A DNA stretch of 64,000 nucleotides, taken from Savitreella phatthalungensis. Lineage: Eukaryota. Of the stretch, positions 54,152 through 64,000 are shown one piece after another; position 1 is the first letter of the stretch, and the number at the start of each line of letters is the position of its first letter. Both the position numbers and the translations under genes were made by a program. The notes under the pieces are model-generated. The model did no database searches and was not told where the DNA came from. It saw only the letters and a program-made list of their open reading frames with translations. The DNA is taken from contig AP039701.1 of the NCBI GenBank assembly GCA_051599415.1, positions 62,001 through 126,000 of the forward strand, read 5' to 3'.

Positions 54152-54943
54152 ATGCAGCTCTTCGCACTCGCAGCAACGCTTCTCACAGCCGTCTCGGCTT
54201 ACCAGGTCACCTACCCGACCGCAAACCTGACCCTCACAAAGGGAACTGACCTCAACGTCCGTTGGACGACCGTCGACACTGACCCGTCCACTTTCTCCAT
54301 CTACCTGGTCAACTTCCAGACCGTTCACTGGCCACCGACGGTCATCTCGCTCGCACAGAACGTCCAGCAGTCCGCTGGCTCAGCCACTGTCCGCATCCCT
54401 TGCTCTGTCACCTCCGACTACGGATGGCAAATCAACTTCATCAACGGCACCAACACCTACGTCATCTACGCTCAGTCACCCATGTTCTCCCTTACCGGCC
54501 AGTGCACCGACCCTGCCCCAAGCGCCTCCGTCTCCCCCGCTCAGACTGTCCTGATCTCGAACCCCGTCGTCTGGTTCGTCCAGCCATCGAACCTCGTCGC
54601 TGCCGCTGCCATCTGCCCTCCTCAGGCCGTCCAGACCGTCACCGTCTACGCTAACGCACCTGCTGCCACTGGCGCTGCCGTCGTCTGCCCTGGCTCCGGA
54701 ACCTCGCCTAACGCCGTCGCTGCCGTCGTCGCACCGGCAGGCTCTGCTAGCGCAGCAGCAGGCGCAGCCGGTGCCGCTACCAACGGCACAAACGCCGGTG
54801 CTGGTGCAGCCACCACTACTGCCATCCGTGCCACCGCCACCGCCGTCACCACCGGTCTCCCGCGTGCATCCTCCAACGGTGCAGGCGTCGTCGGCTACAG
54901 TGCAGCAGCTCTCGTCGCTGGTGCCTTCGCCATGATGCTCTAA
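54152..54943 (+). CDS. GPI-anchored cell-wall protein with Kre9/Knh1-like N-terminal domain
   Basis: Signal peptide MQLFALAATLLTAVSA; 'VRWTTVDTDPSTFSIYLVN..IYAQSPMF'; Ala/Thr-rich stalk; omega-site-like 'SNG' plus hydrophobic tail. Confidence 0.85.
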   Translation: MQLFALAATLLTAVSAYQVTYPTANLTLTKGTDLNVRWTTVDTDPSTFSIYLVNFQTVHWPPTVISLAQNVQQSAGSATVRIPCSVTSDYGWQINFINGTNTYVIYAQSPMFSLTGQCTDPAPSASVSPAQTVLISNPVVWFVQPSNLVAAAAICPPQAVQTVTVYANAPAATGAAVVCPGSGTSPNAVAAVVAPAGSASAAAGAAGAATNGTNAGAGAATTTAIRATATAVTTGLPRASSNGAGVVGYSAAALVAGAFAMML

Positions 54944-55477
54944 GCACCCGCTCAATTATGGTGAAGGAAAATTCAACTCCGAATACCCTTCATCACTCCC
55001 CTTCCACCACAAGAATGACTCGAGATCGGCTCAAAAAAAGATGGTCTTGCCATCAAGAGCGATCAAAGCATTCTGATCTGTTTATAGGCCCACGGTGACC
55101 ACCTCTCGTACTCAAGTATGCCTTTTATTACTACTCCTGATGAGTCTCCATCGATGACTGTCCGCCTCTTTTCCATGCTGCAGTATTGTAGCTGCTCGCT
55201 ATACTGCATTGATCTTCCTCAGTGGAGTTTACTACAGGATAAAAACACTAAAAGCACGTGCATTGGATCGACTATAGGAAGCTGATCAAACTCAATTCAG
55301 CACGTACCATCGATCATGTGCACAGCTGTGATATGTGCCTGAAGACATCATCCTCTACGCCAGCTACAGAATACCAACAAGATCCAGCGTAAAGCAGCTC
55401 TAGCGCCGTTACGTTCACTCAAGCCGAGTTCCTCACTGTGGCCATGATTAGCTCAAGCTAAATCAGGGATCAACGAG

Positions 55478-58400
55478 ATGGAGAAGCAGGAAAATCGCCC
55501 TCACAGGGCAAAGTCGGCAGGCATTTCTGCAGACAAGAAGGCCGTCAAGCGCGACAATCATGGCGCAGGACCAGGGCAGCACAATGCCAAGGCCTTTGCG
55601 GTCGGTAAACGCATGGCAAAGATTGCTCGCCGCTCTGCAGACGTCGGACAGAAGCGACTCCACGTACCACAGGTCGACCGCACTCCCGACGAAGCGCCAC
55701 CTGTCATCATCGCCGTCGTCGGTCCACCTGGCACGGGCAAGACGACACTTATCAAGTCACTTGTCAAGCGCTTCTCCAAGCATTCTCTCACACAAGTCAA
55801 TGGTCCCATCACAGTCGTCTCTGGCAAGCACCGCAGATTGACCTTCATCGAGTGTCCAAATGACCTGAACGCGATGGTGGATATTGGCAAAATCGCCGAC
55901 CTCGTGCTTCTGCTGATCGACGGCAACTTCGGCTTCGAGATGGAGACCATGGAGTTCCTCAACATCCTCGCACCACATGGCATGCCAAAAGTCATGGGTG
56001 TTCTGACACATCTCGACCTCTTCAAAAAGCCCGCCACCCTGCGTGTAGCTAAGAAGCGTCTAAAGCAGCGGTTCTGGACGGAGATCTACCAGGGCGCTAA
56101 GCTTTTCTACCTCTCAGGCGTTATCAATGGTCGTTATCCGGATCGCGAAGTCATGAACCTCGCTCGCTTCATCTCCGTTATGAAGTTCAGGCCACTCATC
56201 TGGCGCAACTCGCATCCTTACCTCCTGGCAGACCGTCTAGAAGACATCACGCCTCCACAGCTGATCGAACAGGATCCCAACTGCGACCGCACAGTGACAT
56301 TGTACGGCTACTGCCGCGGAACCAACTTCCCCGAACGCGACGCAAACGTCCACATCCCAGGTGTTGCAGATCTCACCGTAACGCTGGCATCCGCACTTGC
56401 GGATCCTTGTCCTGCACCAGGTGCGACCGACAAGGAGAAGCGTCGGCGGAAGCTTGGCGAGAAGCAGAAGCTCATCTACGGCCCGATGTCCGATATCGGT
56501 GGTATCACTTTCGACAAGGACGCCGTCTACATCGATATGCCCACGAGCAGCTTCACTCGGCCTGAAAATGCCGATGGAGACGATGCTGATTCAGACCTCC
56601 AGCCCAAGGGTTTAGGAGAGCGGATGGTGATGGAACTTCAGAATGTTCGCAGGGATGCTGAGACGCCGAGGGCTTTCCAGCTGTTCTCGAATGGCGCTGA
56701 TGTGACATTGGAAGACTCAGAGGAAGTCCAGTCCGGGCGGCGCTCTCAGCGAAAGTCAAGTTCCCAGCTTGCCGCATACGACAATGTCGACGGTCTTGAC
56801 GACATCCCCACCGATGACGAGGCTGGCAGCGATGATGGCCAAGACTCAGACGACGATGATGCAGCCTATGCACGCCAAGCCGCAAAGCAGCGCAAACGCG
56901 AGGCCGCAGATGAAGCGAAGCACCGAGCGGGCGGTCAGCTCGATTTTGCTGATTCTGACAGTGACCTTGGATCGTTGTCTGGCGACGAAGACGACGTGTC
57001 TGTTGAAAGCGATGACGAAGCGGATGACCTCAACCCAGAAGACGCTGCGGCTCTACGCTGGAAGGACAACCTCGCTGAACGCGCCGGAGCGGCTTTCTCA
57101 CATCGCCGTAGGCGCAAACTCGCGACCCTGATCTACGACGATGACTACGACGTTGCTGAGGTCGTCGAGGAATACAGGACGGGTGTTCCTCGTGGCGCGT
57201 CCAACACAAACGCCACAGATGACGAAACGCATGAAGACGAGGATGACGACGGCTTCTTCCGCAAAGCCAATGCTGTCGATACCGCGAAACTGGAAGATCT
57301 CGCAGACTCCACGAAGCCGCAGTATACTTCAGCAGACTACGCCAAGCTTGAAGACCAGGACTTCCTGCAGCTTCTGACATCGCGCTTCATTGCTCGTGGC
57401 TTCGCAGCGCCAGCTAACGGCGCGCAAGCGGTCGATGAGCACGAAGAGCAGACTGCCGAGAATGCAGAAGAAGAACTATATGGCGACTTCGAGGATCTCG
57501 AAGACGAAGACGCTGATTTGGAAAAGGAAAAGGTCAAGAACGAAGATGAAGAGGATGCAGCGAAGCCGATAGATTACGATGCTGAGCGCGTCGCGAACGA
57601 GGAACGGAAAGCCGCTCTGCGGGCGAGATTCGAGGAGGAAGTCGAAGGTGGAGCTGTAGACGCCGAAAATGATGGGCCTGCAGCAGCAACGGGCGCCAAC
57701 CAGGACATGGACTGGCATGATCAGCAGAAGGCAAAGATTGCCGCACAACTCGAGCTCAACAAGGAAGCGCTCGCAGATCTAGACGACGCGACCCGCATCT
57801 CCGTCGAAGGTCATCGTTCAGGCTCCTATCTCCGCCTTCAGATCACCGGCGTGCCCTGCGAATTTGTTCGCAACTTTGATGCACGCTACCCGCTCGTCGT
57901 CGGCGGTCTACTCCAGAGTGAGCGCCAGTATGGCCTGGTCCAGTGCCGAATCAAGAAGCACCGCTGGCACAAGCGCATCTTGAAAACCAACGATCCGCTC
58001 ATTATGAGTATTGGCTGGCGTCGGTTCCAGACCGTTCCGATCTATTCGGTCAGTGACAATCGTGTGCGCAATCGTCTGCTCAAGTACACGCCAGAGCACA
58101 TGCACTGTTTCGCCACCTTCTGGGGACCCCTAACTGCGCCAAATACTGGCTTCTGCGCGTTCAGATCAGTCGCCAACACGGAATCCAATGCCTTCAGAGT
58201 CTCCGCCACAGGTACCGTGCTCGACGTCTCACAAGCGAGCGAGATTGTCAAGAAGCTCAAGCTTACAGGTACTCCGTACAAGGTGTTCAAGAACACCTGT
58301 TTTGTCAAAGACATGTTCACCTCGGCGCTCGAGATTGCCCGGTTCGAAGGTGCGAATCTGCGAACCGTGTCTGGCATCCGTGGTCAGGTGAAGAAAGCAC

Positions 58401-59170
58401 TTCGCAAGCCAGACGGCCACTTCAGAGCAACATTCGAGGACAAGGTGCTCATGAGCGACATCATCTTCCTTCGAGCATGGTACCCAGTCAAGCCGCGCAA
58501 GTACTGCAATCCCGTCACCAACCTGCTAGAGCCCGTCCACATCACACAGCGTGGCGTCGAAGACCAAGCAGCCTCCGCGCCCGGTTCTGACGATGAGGAT
58601 GAAGAAGACGAGGACAACAAACCTGCTCCGCGAGTTGTCATGACCCGCAACTGGCAAGGTATGCGTCTGACCGGCGAGGTCCGTCGTGACCAAGGTCTGA
58701 CAACTCCACTCGACCCGAACTCCCAGTACCGCGAGATCAACGAGCGCCCCGAACAGCGCAAGTTCAACCCGCTCCGCGTACCAAAGCAGCTTCGTGCAGA
58801 CCTACCATTCGCCTCGAAACCAACGGTCACCCTGCCACAGAACAAGCAGACGTACATGCAGCGTCGTGCTGCTGACGCCAAGGCTATCCTCGTGACGGAC
58901 TCTGGTGAGCGCAAGGCTCGCGACCTGATGAGACAAGTCATGACCCTCCGGAATGACAAGACGCGGAAGCGGCAGGACAAGAAGGAGGCTTCTCGGGTCA
59001 AGCACCGCGAAGCCGTTGCAAAGGAACAAGCATTTCAGGTCGACAAGGCCAAAGGCAAGAAGCGCGACTTCTTCGAGAGCATGGGCAAGCAGCGTCGTCT
59101 CGAAGGTAGTGCTCCACCAGGTGGATTCAAGCGCAACAAGAAATCAGCTAGCCGCGATGACCTCTCATAG
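55478..59170 (+). CDS. BMS1: Ribosome biogenesis GTPase Bms1
   Basis: 'GPPGTGKTTLIKSL', 'DGNFGFEMETMEFL', acidic central region, 'RIKKHRWHKRILKTNDPL', 'RLLKYTPEHMHC' and 'IRGQVKKAL'. Confidence 0.97.
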   Translation: MEKQENRPHRAKSAGISADKKAVKRDNHGAGPGQHNAKAFAVGKRMAKIARRSADVGQKRLHVPQVDRTPDEAPPVIIAVVGPPGTGKTTLIKSLVKRFSKHSLTQVNGPITVVSGKHRRLTFIECPNDLNAMVDIGKIADLVLLLIDGNFGFEMETMEFLNILAPHGMPKVMGVLTHLDLFKKPATLRVAKKRLKQRFWTEIYQGAKLFYLSGVINGRYPDREVMNLARFISVMKFRPLIWRNSHPYLLADRLEDITPPQLIEQDPNCDRTVTLYGYCRGTNFPERDANVHIPGVADLTVTLASALADPCPAPGATDKEKRRRKLGEKQKLIYGPMSDIGGITFDKDAVYIDMPTSSFTRPENADGDDADSDLQPKGLGERMVMELQNVRRDAETPRAFQLFSNGADVTLEDSEEVQSGRRSQRKSSSQLAAYDNVDGLDDIPTDDEAGSDDGQDSDDDDAAYARQAAKQRKREAADEAKHRAGGQLDFADSDSDLGSLSGDEDDVSVESDDEADDLNPEDAAALRWKDNLAERAGAAFSHRRRRKLATLIYDDDYDVAEVVEEYRTGVPRGASNTNATDDETHEDEDDDGFFRKANAVDTAKLEDLADSTKPQYTSADYAKLEDQDFLQLLTSRFIARGFAAPANGAQAVDEHEEQTAENAEEELYGDFEDLEDEDADLEKEKVKNEDEEDAAKPIDYDAERVANEERKAALRARFEEEVEGGAVDAENDGPAAATGANQDMDWHDQQKAKIAAQLELNKEALADLDDATRISVEGHRSGSYLRLQITGVPCEFVRNFDARYPLVVGGLLQSERQYGLVQCRIKKHRWHKRILKTNDPLIMSIGWRRFQTVPIYSVSDNRVRNRLLKYTPEHMHCFATFWGPLTAPNTGFCAFRSVANTESNAFRVSATGTVLDVSQASEIVKKLKLTGTPYKVFKNTCFVKDMFTSALEIARFEGANLRTVSGIRGQVKKALRKPDGHFRATFEDKVLMSDIIFLRAWYPVKPRKYCNPVTNLLEPVHITQRGVEDQAASAPGSDDEDEEDEDNKPAPRVVMTRNWQGMRLTGEVRRDQGLTTPLDPNSQYREINERPEQRKFNPLRVPKQLRADLPFASKPTVTLPQNKQTYMQRRAADAKAILVTDSGERKARDLMRQVMTLRNDKTRKRQDKKEASRVKHREAVAKEQAFQVDKAKGKKRDFFESMGKQRRLEGSAPPGGFKRNKKSASRDDLS

Positions 59171-59224
59171 AGCACAGTACTCCATCATCCATATATTACA
59201 GTCTAAGGGCATAAAATATTCACC

Positions 59225-60757
59225 TCAGGCGTCGTGTCTTACCCGGAACCGGCGTACCCAGACGACCAATGCGCCAGCCAGGAGAGCGACGCCGATCGCG
59301 TTAGACGCAGCGAAGTAGGCGGCAGCGAGGTTGAAGCATCTGACGCCTCTGCAGAGGGCTGCTGTCGGTGGTGATGTGGCGTTGGCGGCTGCATCGTAGA
59401 GCTTTGCATAGACGATTGCGAATGCTGATCCGCCGATTGCAGGAGCGACAGCCAGCAGTCCCCAGTATGTCGCTAGGTTGTCGATACCCCAGACGACAGA
59501 GACGATGACCGGGTATGCTGTGAAGATGCCACCGTTGCCTAGTCCCACGAGCACAGGAGCTGGCCAGAAACGATCCTGGCTGGATGCACCAGTTGCCAAC
59601 CACACAAATCCCACCGTCGAGCATCCAGCAGCCACCAGCAGCACAACCATCTTGCTCGCAATCGCAGATCGGGATATCAGCGGCACATCACAAAGACCAC
59701 CGAACGCCAAGCGACCGAACGTCGAAGCAGCGGCCAGCAGCGATACCTGTGTGGAAGCGGATGGAGACACGATTGTTGTGAGTGCACCGAGTGGTGACGG
59801 GCCGAGGGCGTAGTACATGGTGCCAACGTTGTTGATGAATACCTCGGCGGGACCTGCTAGGAGGATGAATGCAAGGAAGTACCACCAGGAAGAATGGTCT
59901 TTCAGGAAGGTCGAGATTCGTACAGAAGCAGTAGCCTTGTCGAGCTCAATCGATCGTGACAACAGCGCTGTCTCCTCGTCAGCAGCATCATCATCATCAT
60001 TGGCGTCTTCCGTAGATGGAGCGATCGATGCGCTTGAAGTTGAGTCGGCATCGATGCCACGCCGAGTGAAGTGTTGGCGGATAAAGTCAGATTGTCTGCG
60101 TGAGCGGGAGGATCGTGAGCCCAGGCAGGCGAGGCAGCCTGGGGTCTTGTATGACGCGAGGACGCAGGTGGAGACGAATGCGACGACACTCACCATCCCC
60201 CCGAGTGCAAAGAACAGCCTAGGCAGATCGAGCTCGCCTGTAACAGGCGATCTGAATAGCTTATCTGCCAATTGAACCTGCCAGAGCCCAGCGCTGCCGA
60301 AGGATGCAGTCACAAGGGCCATCGACAAGCCGCGGGACCGCGGATGATTCCGAGCGACGGTCGACAGAGCCGACATGTACATGCTTACAGTGGCCGTGCC
60401 GATGACGGCGTAGCATCCAGCGAGCACAGCCGCCGTCGGCCACTGCGGGTGCGTGTATGCCTCTGCAGCGAGCACGTACGCCGGCAGTGCAGACACACAG
60501 GCAAACCCTGCGATATACGCGGGACCATACGTGTCGCACACCCACCCGATCACCGGCACCGTCAGGTAGAGTCCCAGCTGGCAGGCGACCCCGAGCAAGT
60601 TGACCTGCAGAGACGTGTACGACAGCGGTGGACGCTGGAACGATGGCGCATACAGCGCAAACACTGCAGGCGTCCCACCGACCAAGCCGTTCAGGATAGC
60701 GCATGTGAATGCAGCCCACTTGCGCAAACCCCGAATCCGGTACAGGCTGCCGGACAT
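59225..60757 (-). CDS. MCH1: MFS transporter, Mch1/nodulin-like family
   Basis: About 12 TM helices; 'VFALYAP', 'GPAEVFINNVG', 'STFGRL', 'SVVWGIDNLATYWG' and C-terminal 'CRGVRC'. Confidence 0.8.
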   Translation of the reverse strand: MSGSLYRIRGLRKWAAFTCAILNGLVGGTPAVFALYAPSFQRPPLSYTSLQVNLLGVACQLGLYLTVPVIGWVCDTYGPAYIAGFACVSALPAYVLAAEAYTHPQWPTAAVLAGCYAVIGTATVSMYMSALSTVARNHPRSRGLSMALVTASFGSAGLWQVQLADKLFRSPVTGELDLPRLFFALGGMVSVVAFVSTCVLASYKTPGCLACLGSRSSRSRRQSDFIRQHFTRRGIDADSTSSASIAPSTEDANDDDDAADEETALLSRSIELDKATASVRISTFLKDHSSWWYFLAFILLAGPAEVFINNVGTMYYALGPSPLGALTTIVSPSASTQVSLLAAASTFGRLAFGGLCDVPLISRSAIASKMVVLLVAAGCSTVGFVWLATGASSQDRFWPAPVLVGLGNGGIFTAYPVIVSVVWGIDNLATYWGLLAVAPAIGGSAFAIVYAKLYDAAANATSPPTAALCRGVRCFNLAAAYFAASNAIGVALLAGALVVWVRRFRVRHDA

Positions 60758-61335
60758 TGCGCCAGGTGACCTTCCTCAGCACGTCCTCTCTTAGTCTCTA
60801 GCCTGTTCCAGTAGCCTCACAAGCGATCAATGATCAGAAGATCTTCAGACAGTGTAGAGTCTCGTTGTTGTACGTGAGTTTGGTGTGTGTCAATGACGCA
60901 AGAGTAAGTGAAGATGAGTTCAACAATTTCATACAAAGCAAGTTATCAGCCGCGTTGCATTCATTTAAAATGAAATGAACAAGCTACAACGGCCAATACA
61001 CGCTATCTACTAACCTATACCGAATCAGTGTCGACCGTTGTCGTCGTCATCCTCATCCATACCCATCACACCGAAGTGCGTCACCTCTTCCGATCAACAT
61101 ACTCGAGCCACCAATCTCTTGCGCACAAGCTCCATCGATCGTCCTTCACTTGAACACTCGGAATTTCCCTATACCAAGTTGAACGGCTTCCTATTCGGAG
61201 CGCCAAGACTTCAACTCTACCCCACCTTGGTCTGCGCTGACCTAAGCTACAAACAAGCCAAGCTCTCTCTTCGGTCAGCATAAATCGGCCAACGCGCTCT
61301 CTCACTCCCCTTGTTGACTCAAACCACCAGCAGTC

Positions 61336-62016
61336 ATGCAGGTATTCGACTGGGTGTTCGGCAAGAGCAAGACTCCAGCAGAGCGGCTGCGTATGCACCA
61401 GCGTGCGCTCGAGAAGACACAGCGTGAACTCGAGCGTGAACGTGTCAAGCTCGAAGGGCAAGAGAAGCGGCTTATTGCGGATATCAAGAAGAGCGCAAAG
61501 GCAGGTCAAGTGGGAGCAGCGAAGATCAAGGCGAAAGATCTTGTCCGAACAAGGCGGTACATCCAGAAATTCTACCAGATGCGCACACAGCTCCAGGCTG
61601 TCTCTCTCCGAATCCAGACCGTGCGAAGCAACGAACAGATGGCACAGTCAATGAAAGGCGCAACACGCCTGCTCGCAGGAATGAATAGATCGATGAACAT
61701 GCCGGCGCTCTCGCGGATCGCGGCTGAGTTTGAGCGCGAGAACGATATTATGGATCAGCGGCAGGAGGTGATGGACGATGCGATTGATGACGCGATGGGT
61801 GAAGGCGACGAGGAGGAAGAATCAGACGAAATTCTCAACCAGGTCCTCGATGAGATTGGCGTCGATCTCAACCAGCAACTCGCAGACGCGCCACAGGGCT
61901 TTGCAGGCACGGCACAGCAGGAGAAGTCAACGCGCGTCGCTCAGACAGCCGGCGGTGGTGCGGCGGGCGGCGATGACGATCTCATGGCAAGGCTCAATAA
62001 TCTGAAGGGTGATTAA
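61336..62016 (+). CDS. VPS2: ESCRT-III subunit Vps2/Did4
   Basis: 'FGKSKTPAERLR..QRELERER..AKDLVRTRRYIQKFYQMRTQLQAVSLRIQT' and C-terminal MIM1 'DDDLMARLNNLK'. Confidence 0.96.
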   Translation: MQVFDWVFGKSKTPAERLRMHQRALEKTQRELERERVKLEGQEKRLIADIKKSAKAGQVGAAKIKAKDLVRTRRYIQKFYQMRTQLQAVSLRIQTVRSNEQMAQSMKGATRLLAGMNRSMNMPALSRIAAEFERENDIMDQRQEVMDDAIDDAMGEGDEEEESDEILNQVLDEIGVDLNQQLADAPQGFAGTAQQEKSTRVAQTAGGGAAGGDDDLMARLNNLKGD

Positions 62017-62340
62017 GAGAAAGTCTTTTCAAGAATATACGACTACCTTTGAGAGACCAACTGATGATCGGTAGATCTTTTGTATCATTACGTCTAAGCG
62101 TTTACTCGATGCTCAACTCATGCTCGCTTCTGTACTGCCTTCCTAATCATAAATTGTCACCGAGCCTGTACAGTAACTGCACATGTGATGTAGTATGGAA
62201 ATTTTGTACACCGATTCGCGCTCATCCGTGTAAATAAAAACAAACCGGAAAAGCGTTGAAGGTGCACCAGCAACGACGACATTCTCCCTTACCACCTACA
62301 AGCATCGTCAAGAACAGTCATCCTGCGGACCACCAAGAAC

Positions 62341-63096
62341 ATGGATTCTCTGCCGCCAAAGATCCCACTCGATGCTGCAGGCGACCTCCTCTTCCTCCGG
62401 CAGCAACTCCAGAACGCGCTCTCCCACAGACTAGCACTACATCTCCCACAAGCAACATCAACCACGACGACAGGCGCATCGACGAAAATAGCATCCTCCA
62501 ATTCCTCAGACATCGGCAAAGACCCTCTGAGGGAGCGCGTGGAGCAATCTCTCCAGAGCTTCTTGCGAGATGTGATGACATCGGTGTCGAAGAACGTGCT
62601 GATCAACGGTCTCGATCCGCGGCCTTCGGACATTGCGAAGGGGATCATGGACGATGGACACTCTGGGAGGGTGGCTGAGGTGTTTGAGCCGTTCGACGTG
62701 GCACTGCAGCAGGCCGTTCAGCGGGAGTACGCTGCAGTTGAAGACCACATCCACACGGTCACCACACTCAGGCGCACCGCACCGCAAGCCATCGTCCAAC
62801 ACGCCAAGCGCAAGGCCGAAGAGGCACAGGAGCAGGTCGAGCGGAGTATCGTGGCCGGTGGTGACGATGTTGGCGAGGTGGAGGTTGTTGGCGGTGAACG
62901 GAAGCGCAAGAGTGAGGAGGACGAAGGGCTGGAGGTCAAGGTGGCGCGTATGTCAGAGGTGGTGGCGACGTATGAGAAGTCGGTGACACAGCTGGCGAAT
63001 CTTCGGCATGGCGTTGGCACGGTTGCCGCCAAGATCGATCGCGCCAAAGAAGTCCTCGAGCATCTCGTATCCACGACTAAAACCACCACGACATGA
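62341..63096 (+). CDS. NSL1: Kinetochore Mis12-complex subunit Nsl1/Mis14-like
   Basis: 'KIPL..DLLFL', 'NVLING', 'EPFDVALQQAV..VTTLRRTAP' and C-terminal 'LANLRHGV..VAAKIDRAKEV'. Confidence 0.72.
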   Translation: MDSLPPKIPLDAAGDLLFLRQQLQNALSHRLALHLPQATSTTTTGASTKIASSNSSDIGKDPLRERVEQSLQSFLRDVMTSVSKNVLINGLDPRPSDIAKGIMDDGHSGRVAEVFEPFDVALQQAVQREYAAVEDHIHTVTTLRRTAPQAIVQHAKRKAEEAQEQVERSIVAGGDDVGEVEVVGGERKRKSEEDEGLEVKVARMSEVVATYEKSVTQLANLRHGVGTVAAKIDRAKEVLEHLVSTTKTTTT

Positions 63097-63192
63097 CACC
63101 ACCGAGAGCGAAATTCCCGTATGTACATAGCAGCACAGGACGAGTACAATTGATGACGGTTCACGCCAAGACAGTATGAGGTGTTGAATGGT

Positions 63193-64000
63193 CTACAAGC
63201 TCGACAGGTAGTCGCCGATCTCATCACGAGAGAGTTTACGGTATCTTGGCGCTTTCGGGAGCTCGTCTTCTGGCTTGCCGTTCATCTTGTAGCCAAGAAG
63301 TCGTGGTTCCTCGACCGAGACAATTGCGATCTCGACCGTGTCTGAGGTCATCTCACCCTCGAATCCTTCCTTCAGGGTGAGCAGTGCTGTGTGGATGGCA
63401 TCCTCGAGCTCGAGACCCTGTTCAGAGTATCTCTTCTCGAGGAAAGTCTTTGAGGAGGTCGAGGACTTGCCAATCGCTGTAGCCTTCCACGGGTAGTATG
63501 AGCCGGACGGATCGACCTGGTAGAGCTGGTACCCGTGTGCTGCGTCCCAGCCTGCAACGAGCACGCTCACGCCGTACGGCCGCACGCCCCCGGACTGCGT
63601 CGCACGCTGCATCTCCTTTGCGATCTCCTGGACGAGAATCCGCGTAGGTGGGTACTCGTCGTAGATCCGCTTGTACGAAGCGTGAGACGCCTTTCGCGCC
63701 TTGTCCACCAGCACGCGAAAGTCAGGACCCATCCCGCTGTACACCATGCAGCAGTCCGGTGTGATCTTACACACCTTCTCGAGCGAGCTCGCATCCTGTA
63801 ATGGCGACGGAGTCTTCTTTTCTGTTGCCAGCACTACGCCATTTGTTGCTAAATCACCAGGGTCAGTCACACTGATTCGTCAGACCAAGCGTTGAGGGGG
63901 ATGCTTACCTTTGATGCCGAGCGATTGAACGCCCTGGTTGACAGCAGCTAGTGCATGCTCAATCTGACCGAGCTTGCCCTGCGGGCTGAATGTCGTTAGG
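63193..64000 (-). CDS. PRE8: 20S proteasome subunit alpha-2 (5' end beyond the window)
   Basis: 'LTTFSPQGKLGQIEHAL..SLGIK' | intron 63849-63908 | 'ATNGVVLATEKK..YSGMGPDFRVLV..TQSGGVRPYGVS..QVDPSGSY'. Confidence 0.96.

Overview
Gene-dense eukaryotic (fungal) chromosomal window with about 28 protein-coding genes. Most are intronless; a few have short 49-85 nt GT-AG introns with CTRAC branch points. Compact spacing, small introns, a complex I accessory subunit and an organellar-type ValRS suggest an early-diverging ascomycete such as a Taphrinomycotina yeast (inference only). Content is mostly housekeeping: U5-40K, TRM7, KRS1, SCO1, GPI10, dynactin p150, GUS1, LIP5, SNU13, DIB1, an 8-intron DMC1, TOA1, a MetR/Cys-3/Zip1-like bZIP, BMS1, MCH1, VPS2, NSL1/Mis14 and PRE8. 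Surface and secreted genes include GH128, GH115, acyltransferase-3, MBOAT2, a fasciclin, a GPI protein and a MARVEL-like protein. The standout is one uninterrupted 1307-aa ORF (25585-29508) fusing a complete Fol3/FolC dihydrofolate synthase to a complete valyl-tRNA synthetase, with an intron-like signal at the domain junction. Other observations: an AAC4-family putative nuclease-fold gene, a ~610-nt AUG-free leader upstream of the bZIP gene, a head-to-head SNU13/DIB1 tri-snRNP pair, overlapping convergent stop codons and a recurrent CACGTG/ATGCACA promoter motif. I recognised no tRNA, rRNA, CRISPR array or transposon. Product calls come from motif recognition only; no database searches were run.
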